DNA of 63,015 nucleotides, counting the filler, from Basidiobolus ranarum (taxonomy: Eukaryota), in assembly GCA_040143965.1 (NCBI GenBank). It is 6 parts of 6 records of this genome, joined end to end, with 100 filler letters (N's around TTAATTAATTAA, not from the genome) between each part and the next. Parts side by side here need not be neighbours in the genome. Positions count along the whole stretch, not along the records: positions 1 to 10,454 come from JASJQH010007580.1; 5 more parts are not named here. The stretch is one strand, 5' to 3'. The first letter of the stretch is position 1; each line of letters opens with the position of its first letter. Positions 1 through 10,454 of this stretch are shown here, piece after piece. The notes under the pieces were generated by a model. The model had not been told where the DNA came from and did no database searches. It worked only from the letters and a program-made list of their open reading frames with translations. A program made the translations under genes and the position numbers.

Positions 1-544
1 ACCGAAAGTACCACGAGTCTTGATGGGAGCGACTTCACCAATGTATGTGGGCAAGATGACAGCGCCGTGACCGCAAGCAAAACCAATCAAGAAACGACCG
101 CAAATCCACATACCAGGGTTAATGGACAAGCCCATCAAAAGACCACCAATTACGAAGAAGAAGTTGTTTCCGATCATAGCAAGACGACGACCATATTTCT
201 CTTGAGTGTAACCAGCCAACATACAACCGAAAATACCACCGAGAGCGGCGTTACCTACGGCGAAACCCCACAACCAACTGCCCATATCGAAACAATGGGG
301 GAATCTGCCATTCAATTTCACGTTGTTTTCAGGACAATTGTGCATGGAATCGGAAGCTAAGAAGTAATAAGATAAATAAGAGGCGCACCCAAAATAATTG
401 CTCATCTCACTTACTGATATTGGTAGAGGAAGTGGTGAAACCACTGGAGAACATCACAATGCAAGCTACCAAGGTACAAAATATGGCATATGGAGGATAG
501 TTGCTATCCCTTGAGTCGTTGGCGTTACGTCTTTCCTCGGACAT
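1..544 (-). CDS. MFS sugar porter (GLUT-like hexose transporter), N-terminal part, truncated at the window start; exons 544-415 and 356-1
   Basis: Manual minus-strand translation (missing from the ORF track): MSEERRNAND...AIFCTLVACIVMFSSGFTTSSTNI, then a GTAAGT..TTAG intron at 414-357 (phase 1), then ...GFAVGNAALGGIFGCMLAGYTQEKYGRRLAMIGNNFFFVIGGLL...GRFLIGFACG...LPTYIGEVAPIKTRGTFG. The GRR loop and the P.YI.E.AP...RG motif are sugar porter signatures. Confidence 0.92.
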
Positions 545-1413
545 AATGGAGTAAAGCTACTAGCTGTAAGAATAGAGTTCCGAAGACGGTAGCGGGTTTG
601 TTTTTCTAAAGCCGTAGAAAAACTTGAATTTGTTTGATTTGAGGTGGGTCGACCGGTTACTTTTAATTGTTTCTGATCCCGGACGAGCTGCTATTTGAAT
701 TCCCGAACGATCGTTTATGGATAAAAAATGCAACCCGTCTCGGTAACTAATTGGGCTAGGTTATGGTCGGAGATCGAAATCGGGCCTGTCTCTCTATATT
801 CTTAACTGTATTTGGATGTTTCCTCTGGCCATATAGAGCACATCTATCTCATTATGCAAGGTACAGCTCCTATTTCAGCGCTGTCCAGTGTGGCTTTAGT
901 TTCAAGCAACAACAAAAAAGTATTTTATTATACTTCCTTCGTCCGAAAGTGAAACATTTCCTTCAATAGGAGGCCGAGCGTCTGGTATGATCTCTAAAAA
1001 CTTCATACCCCTCTTTTCCATCTGCTCATGGAGATCCTCGAATGATCTAGGGTGACAGTAAGGTCACGGATTGGCTTGACATGCCCGATCCACTTAAAAT
1101 GAAGAACTCATATATAGCATCCTTTAGGCTCTATGATTAGGTTCTATCGCCATTGGCCAGCTAGGATCTAGGGACAACAAGATGGAATACCACAGTCATA
1201 TTGGGTTATGTCAACTGACTAGGATAGATAGTTGTATTTGTAAGTCAAAATCACCGCGGTTCAATTTTCCGCTCAATTTTCCAAAATTCAAGAGTTGTCA
1301 AAACAAAACTTGCTTTGTGTCAATCAATGAATTAGTTCGATTGTTGATTCTATTATCTTCAGTATTTGAGGAACCCGAAGGCTGTGCATCCACGTCTGTC
1401 TGCATATCACGTG

Positions 1414-1814
1414 TTATCTACCATCAAGAATGACAACACCTACAAGACCAACTCCATCTTGGGGAACAGTTTGGATATCAGCGACTCCACTTGAACCGAC
1501 CGCCAAATGTTGAAGCGTATCTGTCACATGATTGGTCGTAGAGCCGCTAGACTCGCTGGCGCTGGTTTGACCGCCAGGATCTGCTCAAACAATCAGTTAC
1601 CATTGGTAATGACGGCTCTCTGTTCGAGTTCTACCCTGGCCTTGAGGGCAACTCGACAGAAGCCATGTGCGAATTACTTGGTGCTGATCTTGTGGAAAAC
1701 TACCTCAAGCTTACCATGGCCAAAGACGGTAGCGGTGTTGGTGCTGCATTGGCTGCCATGGTCGCCTTAAAGATCAAAAACCAACTCACCTACCCTACAC
1801 CCCCAACCCCATAG
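1414..1814 (+). pseudogene. Hexokinase C-terminal fragment (pseudogene)
   Basis: LSTIKNDNT...DST*TDRQMLKRICHMIGRRAARLAGAGL with an in-frame TGA at 1492. A frameshift near 1578 leads into VTIGNDGSLFEFYPG...LKLTMAKDGSGVGAALAAMVA. RAARL, DGS.FE.YP and DGSGVGAA are hexokinase C-domain motifs. No N-terminal domain is visible upstream. Confidence 0.88.
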
Positions 1815-3029
1815 ACAATAGGATGTGATAGATTTTGCATAAAGTCCAGATCTCCACCTACTATCTTGTGTGCGTATTCCATTGTTTCTTGTTGATCCAC
1901 TATTAAAGTGTGCTACGCTGCCGTATTTATCCAGTGGGTGTCCATGTTTCGGGGGTTAATGAACCATTCAACAAGATCGTAACAGAAAGCAACGAATGTG
2001 TCGATCATTTGGATCCCTGATACATATTCCCCAATATTAAAGGGAGAACAATCATCATCTACGCAGAAAAGGACCATGAATTTTGGAGAATACGACAATA
2101 AGGTTTGGGAAGTATAAAGCTTAAGAGGTGACAGAAGACCAACAGGAGTCATCCCCTGGGGTCTGGATGTTACATCTAGTGAATGCGTGTCACCGACCCT
2201 TTTCCGCCACACTTTGAGTTGGATCTACTTCCTCTGCCACCGAAGTTACCTGGTGCCACAGACCTTGGTAACAACTCGTCGCGTGGGATGTCCATTAACT
2301 CACCCTGGTGATAAAACCAACCCTGTCGGATGAATTTCTCCCCCACGACTTAGCATCCATCTAGAATGATCGGATCACGATTGTAGTGATTTCTGGATTT
2401 GGGCTGTATGTATAGCCGAGTGACGAGGGCAGAGGGAATATCCACTTTAAAACCTCTACTTGGACATTGTCTCAGCTTCACCGAGGTGCCTCGGGGTTGC
2501 CAAATGTGTTGAATCCTTTCTTGGTTACCAAACCTCTAGAGTACATGATGTGGACCGATATGGGAGCGCGAGTGCGTGAGATGAAATCCCATTGGTGACC
2601 AAGTCAACCTCAATAAGGTGAATCCTTTATTCGGACCTCTCCAATTCCGGTTGGTAATTTATGTGATTCCAAATTAGTAAAGATTCAGACAGGATATGGT
2701 CTTAATTCTCAATATATAGACCATATAGTGTCTAGATCTAAGGTAATTCTGGGTAGACCTAAATCCAATAGATAGTACCTATCATAGAGTATATTAAGAC
2801 ATTTTTGTATAACACAACTGTTTATTTTGCATAAAATACGACACATGTAGTCTACTACTTATTCTGTATATATTAGGATATATATATCCACTCACCATAA
2901 TACTCAATTTGAGCACCACTGATTTGGGTGGATGGATCCATAAAAGAGTTATCTATTATAGGGAATTGTGAGTATCTAATAAATTTTTCCATACTGTAAA
3001 GCCGAAACTACCGGATGTCATAGCGCGCT

Positions 3030-3074
3030 CATTACCCATCACACATTACCCATTACCCATCATACATTACCCAT
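3030..3074. repeat. 21-bp tandem repeat, about 2 copies (CATTACCCATCA[C/T]ACATTACC)
   Basis: Read directly from the sequence. Confidence 0.8.
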
Positions 3075-3169
3075 ATACTTGATGTTCTTCTGAAATTTGT
3101 GTAATTACCGGTGATCATTACATTTTAACTATTGATACTATCCTGACTGACATTCATTATAGTACTTAT

Positions 3170-3990
3170 TTTAGTGTAGGCAACACAGTCATTAGTGCCA
3201 TACAACAATATATCACTGTAACTAGCACTATCGTAATGTGGTTTACGACATTTCCCACTGTCTATGATTTCCTGAATCTCACCATAACCCAGATAACAAC
3301 TCTCTTTGTTACATCTACTAAGAGTAGCTCCTTTGCTGGTGAAGGTATACGCAGATCCATCACAATTAGCATCACTCTACCAGAATGCTCGACCGTAGCT
3401 AGCTACACCCATAAGATCTTGTTGGAACTCATCACAACTTTGACGATCATAGTCAGAGCGTTGGTAGTCTCTGGTTTGCTAACGTGAGATAAAAGCGAAT
3501 GAAGTTTAGTTACTTCAAATCTATGTCTACTCCATTTAAGTTGTTCTGTATGGCTATATTTATCAGATTAGTCAGAGCAGAATCTCCAAAGATAGGTCTA
3601 ATCTTTCCACACATAGAAGTAGAGTCAGCGGTAGGTCTAGGTGGAGAACCTGCTGAGACATATATTCATGTCTAGCTGGATATTCTCGCAACCTAATCAT
3701 CCCCAAGTTTGTTTATTGTACTGAAATAGTTGATCGTTAGTAATTCCAAAGTAAGCGGCCATAGCGTTGCAATAATCTCCATTCTTGATATTGTAATTGG
3801 CACAAGACCCATCGGGGTTAGGTGTAAGTGGTATACCTTCAACGTTGCAACAAACCTTCTGACCAGCAACCAATTTACTGAAATCACCTCCAACTCCCGG
3901 ATTATAGCTATAGAACTTGTTGATATCTATCTTACACGCCTTAGGCAACCCAGCACAGTATGTACTGTCCTGGCTTTTACACTATAAAGC
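3170..3990 (-). pseudogene. Decayed LysM-LysM-GH18 chitinase (subgroup C / killer-toxin alpha-like)
   Basis: Two LysM repeats (YSVKPGQ...CKIDINKFYSYNP...LVAGQKVCC; PDGSCANYNIKNGDYCNAMAAYFGITNDQLFQYNKQTWG*LGCENIQLDMNICLS). A decayed catalytic motif LNGVDIDLK* lies at 3539-3510 (canonical LDGVDIDWEY). The GH18 C-terminal part reads SHVSKPETTNALTMIVK...SNKI/MGVASYGRAF...YDSASYSDILLYGTNDCVAY. Stops, frameshifts and large internal deletions are present. Confidence 0.85.
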
Positions 3991-4937
3991 AAATACCCAA
4001 GTCAGGTGGCGATAATAGCAATGGAACGAATAAAAGCATTTCGCAGCTAAAGGTATTACGTATTTTAAAAATCTAGTTATGGATCAATTCTATATTACGT
4101 TTCAATCGAAAGGCTTTTCCAGACCTTATCGATAGAGTCGATCCGTCTTTTAAGATACCATTCGTCAATGTGATTGCTAGGTCTCATCCTGTTGCCTATA
4201 GTGGTTCCATGTTCCAAGGACCGTACCCGGCATTGTATGTCTCCAGGGGACAAGTAGGAGATTTGTAGATACCATTGTAGGTCTTACGAATGTAGATCTG
4301 GATTGTCTCTGATAGTTCTGATTTTGGTTCCATAGTCATCTCTGAACGGTTCTCCTCTTATGACTTTACCTATGATATCTTTGTAGAATTCCATGTTATA
4401 CTGACAGGAATCTCTTCTGACTAGCATAACTCACTTGTAATGGATCTTGTCGTTGTAGTCCAGAGTGATATATATCTTCTTACCTTACCATGAGCCTTTT
4501 GTAAATGGCCTCGTATTTCATCTGGATAGGATACTGGAAGAGTGAGGTGACTTTAGCTGTAATGTTCTCATGTTCAGGGGTGAATTTTCTACGATTGGTT
4601 TAGTTACAAGAATCAGTATCTCCATATATCACAACGTAATTATTATCTCTGAGCTCTAAATTCCGATTTTCTACTTGATCATTTCTCAGAAATTAATTTT
4701 ATACAATGTTTTGCTAATTCTTATCCCATTGTTGCTCTTTATTTCAGCCATTACTTGTGACAGTTATTGTACATTTAGTTCAAGTCAACAAATACCATTG
4801 CTTCATGGATATCCACACTTACATGCGCTCTTAATTCACTGAACTTAAGCGTCTATATAGTCTTATAGTTAGCTATCTAAATTTTCAACTGGACATTTGA
4901 ACTATTACCATTCAGCTGGCATTGAATGTAGCATAGA

Positions 4938-5617
4938 TGTTGAAATAAACATAGCCCAAGTATCTATATAGTCATATATGTTGAGATTAGCATTGCCTAA
5001 GCACCTATATATTCATTTATAGCTTAGTATTTAGCTATCTTATATTTCACCAAGATATTACCCATTATTCTCGTCAGGAATTTGCTTAGAAGTTCTCAGC
5101 TATATCAATTCTTCAAGCTTGTGCTAGAGGTCCCCAACATTGCACACATATTCATGGAACCTTCTTTAACACATTGTACATGTTAGCTTGCTTACATTTT
5201 TACAAAAGTATAAATGTCAGCTTTCATCTCAATAAAGCGACAAGTGGACGCCACCAATTTCACTAATTCTCCAAGCCACTTCCAACAAGCTCTCAAAAAG
5301 TTTAACAACATATATCTTAGTATCTAGTCATTTCATATATATCTAAGATATTACTCACTATTCCAATTGGAATTCACTTATAATATTTCTATCAACTTTG
5401 AAGTTCTCAGATATATAGATTTTTGAAACTTGCCCTAGAAGCCCCAAATCATGCTCACATATTCCCAGAACCTTTCTCTACATACCCACATGTTTGTTTG
5501 CTATCTCTTGACAAAACTCAAAATGCCAACCTTGTACTCAAGATATCAGTAAGTGTAACCCACCAATTCTTGTAGTTCTCCAAAACCCTATCATCAAACT
5601 CCCAAAATACTTCAATA
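4938..5617 (+). mobile_element. Copia-family solo LTR (outer copy), interrupted by a second LTR
   Basis: Starts TGTTGAAAT, resumes after the insert and ends ...CCCAAAATACTTCAATA. Flanked by ATAGA/ATATA (imperfect 5-bp TSD). Homologous to the LTRs at 43507 and 44777. Confidence 0.8.
4979..5307 (+). mobile_element. Copia-family solo LTR nested inside the LTR at 4938
   Basis: TGTTGAGATT...AGTTTAACA (TG..CA termini), flanked by ATATA/ACATA. Shares the family core GAAGTTCTCAG and CCACCAATTTC. Confidence 0.85.
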
Positions 5618-5727
5618 ATATATACTATACATTTGGTAACATATGCTTACTCTCAGCTACTTTTGTCATGCCCACTTCTTGCACTTGAACAAAGCAGCTG
5701 AGGCTATGTGGTATATATATGCACTTA

Positions 5728-6140
5728 CTATTGACCTATTTTAAGAGTTTGTTAGAAGGGGTTTGGAGAACTAGGAGAATTGATGGTTTTTGTTTAACTA
5801 TTTTGGGAGCCTATTGGAGGTGGTTTGAAGAATTAGAGAAATTGGTGGTTTATACTCATTAATTTATTGAATAAAAGTGAACACTTTTAGTTTTGTCAAA
5901 ATGTAAGCAAATAAACATGTGGGGACCCAGAAACATGTGTGCAAAGTGTGGGGCTCTTAAGACAAGTTCTCAAAATCTATATATCTGAGAACTTCTAAGA
6001 AAATTTCTCTTGAGAATAGTGGGTGCTATCCTAGATCAACATGGAATAACTAAATACTAAGCTATGTATGACTATATAAATGTTTAGACTATGTTAATTT
6101 CAACATTTACTTGGATGTATAAAAGTGTTTGTCATCTCTA
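5728..6140 (-). mobile_element. Minus-strand Copia-family LTR (5791-6105) nested in a partial LTR of the same family
   Basis: 5791-6105 is the reverse complement of the family LTR (ends ...TTAATTTCAACA on the + strand). Flanks 5728-5790 and 6106 onward continue another copy of the same consensus. Confidence 0.75.
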
Positions 6141-6727
6141 TATATTAGAAGTGAATTACTCCAAGAAGTCCCAGTAGAAGTCTGGCATCCACCGGTACAG
6201 TTTTCCTACAAAGAAATATCAATCATCTGTACTTGTATGAAAGGCCAGTACAAGAATTGGGTCACATGAATTCAGGGTAAAAAGCCCATCAGAGAATCGC
6301 ATGAGGCTAACTACATTCCCCACAAATTACAGATACTTCCGAGTACTTTTTAACCCTGATTCCTTCTTGACCCTCACCCATTGGCCAACACTTCTTGGGC
6401 CTCTTTCCTACTGGAGACCTAGTAATAACTAAGGTTGTAATATTGCAGTTATCATGATTGTACTTAATCAATATTGAAAACTAGCGATTGCCCTTAATTC
6501 TCTTTTTGTTCAGATATCAACTATTTACATGGATTCACAATATCCAATTTTCACAAGCTGTCAATTCGAGTACTACCATTTAATGCTCACCAATGTGAAC
6601 TGAAATATGCTGAAACACATAGTATATATATGTTAGGAAGAGAGGTTTATTGATTCGCAGAGTTTGAAACATTTCAAAATCATATATGTTACACGTATGG
6701 TATGAGAATTGAAAGGTATGAGAATAG

Positions 6728-7618
6728 CTAAATTCGACTGCTACGACGACCAATGGTTGCAGTAATATATCCAGAGAAATCAGTGATGGGAGAAAAGATA
6801 GTCATTTCTTGACCAGAATTTGGAAGCTTAAATGGTGTCAAATTGGTAGTGAAGTGATGACTGTTGGGAAGGGCATAGTGAACATCCTCAACCTCAGGGA
6901 ATCGCTTCAAGATCAACTCGGCCATACGGTACATGGTGGCTTGAACCGAGGCAGAGTCATCATGAGCAAATACATCCAAGGTTGTCTTGCGAACTCCATC
7001 AAAAATACGATCAAATGGAACGTTCTCAACTCCAGCTGAGGTATCAATGTTGTAGTGAGCTCTGACAGTGGTAGAAAATATACGGTCATCGGCATCTTGG
7101 AGAGTCGTGTTCTCGCAGAGATGAAAGTTGGTGAAGGATGATCCAGTGGTCTTCAACACAAGCAGACCTTCCAAGCCTGATTTGATACTGACACCATCGG
7201 CGGTGACAGTCAACCAAGTTTCTCTAGTTTCGGCTCCATCGCGGTAAAAGGAGTGAGGGTGAGGCTCACCATTAACATTAATTCTAGCCCAACGCGATTG
7301 AACAATGTGGACACTGGCGTGGGTTACATGAGAGTATTTGTTGACAAAGTGTTTACCGAGTTCGTAACCATAACGCTCAATGGTTTGAACATGGTTAGAT
7401 TTCTTGGCAATGACATAACAAGTGTTTCTGACTGTGTCAGTTGGAACTACCATACTGTTGTCAGCCTCAGTGTAGGCCTTCTCAAAGGCGCCCTCAAGGA
7501 GCACTTGGCAGGTAAGCTCGACAATATCGTTCCATTCGGTGGTGTGGCGGATAGCTTTAGTGACTCTAACCTTAGCTTTACCGTAAGCCTGGCGTTTCAA
7601 TTCAACAGAGGAAGACAT
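6728..7618 (-). CDS. UOX: Uricase (cofactor-independent urate oxidase), copy A, 296 aa, C-terminal -SRI (PTS1-like)
   Basis: Intronless ORF with the motifs YGK.KVRV, VPTDT, LKTTGS.F, DRIFST, SASVQATMY and LPN.H. Confidence 0.97.
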   Translation of the reverse strand: MSSSVELKRQAYGKAKVRVTKAIRHTTEWNDIVELTCQVLLEGAFEKAYTEADNSMVVPTDTVRNTCYVIAKKSNHVQTIERYGYELGKHFVNKYSHVTHASVHIVQSRWARINVNGEPHPHSFYRDGAETRETWLTVTADGVSIKSGLEGLLVLKTTGSSFTNFHLCENTTLQDADDRIFSTTVRAHYNIDTSAGVENVPFDRIFDGVRKTTLDVFAHDDSASVQATMYRMAELILKRFPEVEDVHYALPNSHHFTTNLTPFKLPNSGQEMTIFSPITDFSGYITATIGRRSSRI

Positions 7619-8278
7619 GATTGATTAGATACCTGATCAAGTAAAGAGCTCTACTTTACGGCTTTATATAGTGTCAAACTATAAATTTATGCCCTCGTTA
7701 GCTATTTCGATACTTAGTATGATGAGAATATATCGATCATATGCTACTACTAGTTAACTTGCTTGAATACAAAATATCTCTACATTTTCAATCTGGTCTG
7801 GACCGTCAAAAAGATTAGATTATATTGGCAATCTGTAATAATTGAGACCAATCAGCTAAATAGCCACGTATTATATGTATTGCTACCTATAGTTGTCACC
7901 CAGTTAAGTCTCTGGACAGCTAATAGCATTATTCATATAGTGTCCGCTCACTTATGCCGTTGCATGAATCTCATTACTGGACAAATTTACGTATATTTAG
8001 AGATTTACCGAAGTTGGTTTAACAAGGTCTATGTAGATATCCATCCTTTAAATCTAATCTACTTTGGTCCCTGAGAATTCACTCATCAATATTCGTTACA
8101 CAAGGGACGTATGAAGGCCGAGACTACTTTACAAAGGCTATTCTTCATTGAAAATCGGATCTGTCAATATTCAAAAGATCTAGTGTAACTATCGATAGAA
8201 TCTATACTCTATATAAAGTTTAACCATGCCCCAAGTACCATCATAGCAGTATCAACTACTGGCCACTAATCACTAAAT
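7619..8278. promoter_or_regulatory. 660-bp divergent intergenic (promoter) region between the two uricases
   Basis: Head-to-head ATGs. TATATAAA-type elements lie on the minus strand near 7663-7670 and on the plus strand near 8210-8217, each about 45-65 nt upstream of its ATG. Confidence 0.6.
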
Positions 8279-9169
8279 ATGTCTAACAACGCTAACGCCT
8301 ACTTGAAGAAGCAAGCCTATGGCAAAACCAAAGTCCGCGTCACTAAGGTTATTCGCCATACCAGAAATTGGCATGATGTAGTTGAACTTACTTGCCAGGT
8401 TCTTCTTGATGGTAAATTTGAGACCTCATACACCGAAGCTGACAACAGCTCTATTGTTCCTACCGACACTGTCAAGAACACTATCTATGTTCTTGCTAAG
8501 AAATCTAGTAATGTCCAGACTATTGAACGGTTCGGTTATGAGATTGGTCAGCACTTCATCAACAGATACTCTCACGTCGATGATGTTCACATCAAGATCA
8601 TTCAGCACCGTTGGACTCGTGTCAATATCGATGGTCAGCTTCATCCTCACTCCTTCTTCCGTGATGGTGAAGATACCAGACGTGTTGAGTTGCTTGTTTC
8701 TCGCAGTGGTAATGTCACCATCGAGTCTCGCCTTAAGGATCTTCTTGTGCTCAAGTCCACTGGCTCAAACTTCACCAACTTTCATCGTTGTGAGTACACT
8801 ACTCTTCAAGATGCTCATGATCGTATTTTCTCCACCAGTGTAGATGCTAAGTGGACCTACAACTTGGACAAGTCAAAGATTGAGGCCATTCCATTTGATG
8901 AGATTGCTTCTGGTGTTCGCGAGATCACCCTTGGCACCTTTGCCACCGATGATTCGGCCTCAGTACAAGCCACCATGTATAAGATGGGAGAGAGTGTGTT
9001 AGCTCAGCACGTTGATGTCAGTGAGATCAGCTATGCACTCCCCAACAAGCACTACTTTAGTGTCAATCTCAAGCCCTTCAACCTGCACAATGAAGGTAAA
9101 GATATGAACATCTTCCAACCTGTCAGTGATCCATCAGGCTATATCACTGCTACCATTGCCCGCCGCTAA
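8279..9169 (+). CDS. UOX: Uricase (cofactor-independent urate oxidase), copy B, 296 aa, no PTS1 (ends -IARR)
   Basis: Intronless ORF with the motifs YGKTKVRV, VPTDTVKNT, LKSTGS.F, DRIFST, SASVQATMY and LPNKHYF. AATAAA lies about 20 nt after the stop. Confidence 0.97.
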   Translation: MSNNANAYLKKQAYGKTKVRVTKVIRHTRNWHDVVELTCQVLLDGKFETSYTEADNSSIVPTDTVKNTIYVLAKKSSNVQTIERFGYEIGQHFINRYSHVDDVHIKIIQHRWTRVNIDGQLHPHSFFRDGEDTRRVELLVSRSGNVTIESRLKDLLVLKSTGSNFTNFHRCEYTTLQDAHDRIFSTSVDAKWTYNLDKSKIEAIPFDEIASGVREITLGTFATDDSASVQATMYKMGESVLAQHVDVSEISYALPNKHYFSVNLKPFNLHNEGKDMNIFQPVSDPSGYITATIARR

Positions 9170-9823
9170 ACATCTATCTACAATTGTAACAATAAAACAA
9201 TATAAAGAGTTATTTCTGTTTAGCTTATTGAAAGGAAATAACTAGTAGCAAGGAGCAATAATATGTAACTTAAAGTGATATTACTGGAGCCAAAGAATTA
9301 TGAGTATTTCTCTTCAATCCAATAATCAGGTTCTTTATTGCCTTGGAAGTGAGAGCATATTAATATTAAATGAGTGATACATATCCATTTTATTTAGAAG
9401 TTCAGTTCTGTCATTTTAGCTATGAGTGGTTGAATCAATGTTGTCGGTTTTGAATTTGTTCCAATTCAATAATCTGCTTAGTGCAGTACAAGGGGTTCAT
9501 TAGATGTTACAAGGAATTTGGAGACAAATTGATTTATTGGGGGAGATCAATTAGTTAACTCGGGAGATGTATCTTTCTCCTGTCCGTCGAGCATTTGACA
9601 GATGTCTCATCGATTTATTAAGCCACCATTGAACGTCCTTTTCGACAGGGTTAGTGATACAGGAGCAGTAAAGTGATATACTAGCAAGCAATAAAACAAC
9701 CAAGCATTGAGAGCGTTTAATGGTTTTTAGATGAAACTTCTGAGTAATCATTGCTATAAAGTGTTCTCTCTCGGACAGTTCAATAGTATATTTTTCTGTA
9801 CTTCCTCCACTTATCCGAATAAC

Positions 9824-10454
9824 ATGAGATATAACATCGCAGTTACCTTTTGGGCTATAATCTCGGCTACTAATGCGTTACCAGCATACAATGCTCCAAA
9901 GCCAAGCCCAAGCAAGTACTGTACGGGCTTAGTGGACAAACTCAACACTCTTGGTGCTGATTTAGATGTAGCAGTCTGCGTTGGAAAGCCCGAGAAACCT
10001 GGATTTACCCCTACGGATCTTGATAAGATGAGCTGCCAAGAGTTAGTGACTACTGTTACAGCATTAGGGATCAAAGTGGATGCGGGTATTTGTACTAAAA
10101 GTGATAAGAAGTCTTCTGACTATGGAGACGGTGATAGTCAATCTGGGAAGAAAGGGGGCACAGGTCCTAAAGCAAGCTCCTATTCCGACAAGAGCTCTAC
10201 TACCCCAAATCAACATGGAAAGGATAGTAGTGGGAGTGGTACCTATCCCAGTGTAAATCCAGGTGATAAAGGCAGTTTAATAGGACATCAAAACTCAGCT
10301 GGTGGTGAAACTAGTGATAAATACACTGCTCCTGCCAAAGGTAGTAGTCCCAGTGACTATAAAAGTCCAAATAACCATGGTGATTCTAGTGCTACTCCTG
10401 ATAGTGGGAATAAAGGCAGCAAGGAAAATGATAGCTACAAAAGTCCGGCTCCAG
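9824..10454 (+). CDS. Predicted secreted protein with two C-x18-C repeats and an S/G/K/D/P-rich low-complexity tail; 3' end cut by the contig end
   Basis: The ATG at 9824 gives a signal-peptide-like start, MRYNIAVTFWAIISATNA-LP. Repeats CTGLVDKLNTLGADLDVAVC (9920-9979) and CQELVTTVTALGIKVDAGIC (10034-10093). The frame is open to the N spacer. Confidence 0.75.

Noticed and set aside
67-360. 97-aa plus-strand ORF
   Set aside because: It is the antisense shadow of the sugar porter exon on the minus strand.
1870-2640. Possible decayed Ty3/Gypsy gag-protease remnant on the minus strand
   Set aside because: Only a vague zinc-knuckle-like stretch, with no convincing motif, LTR pair or TSD.
4100-4560. 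Coding-like composition upstream of the chitinase relic
   Set aside because: No frame gave a recognisable motif.
9731-9823. Longer N-terminus for the secreted repeat protein, as given in the ORF track
   Set aside because: The ATG at 9824 directly precedes a signal-peptide-like segment. The track's C-terminal X-run and LIN come from the artificial spacer.
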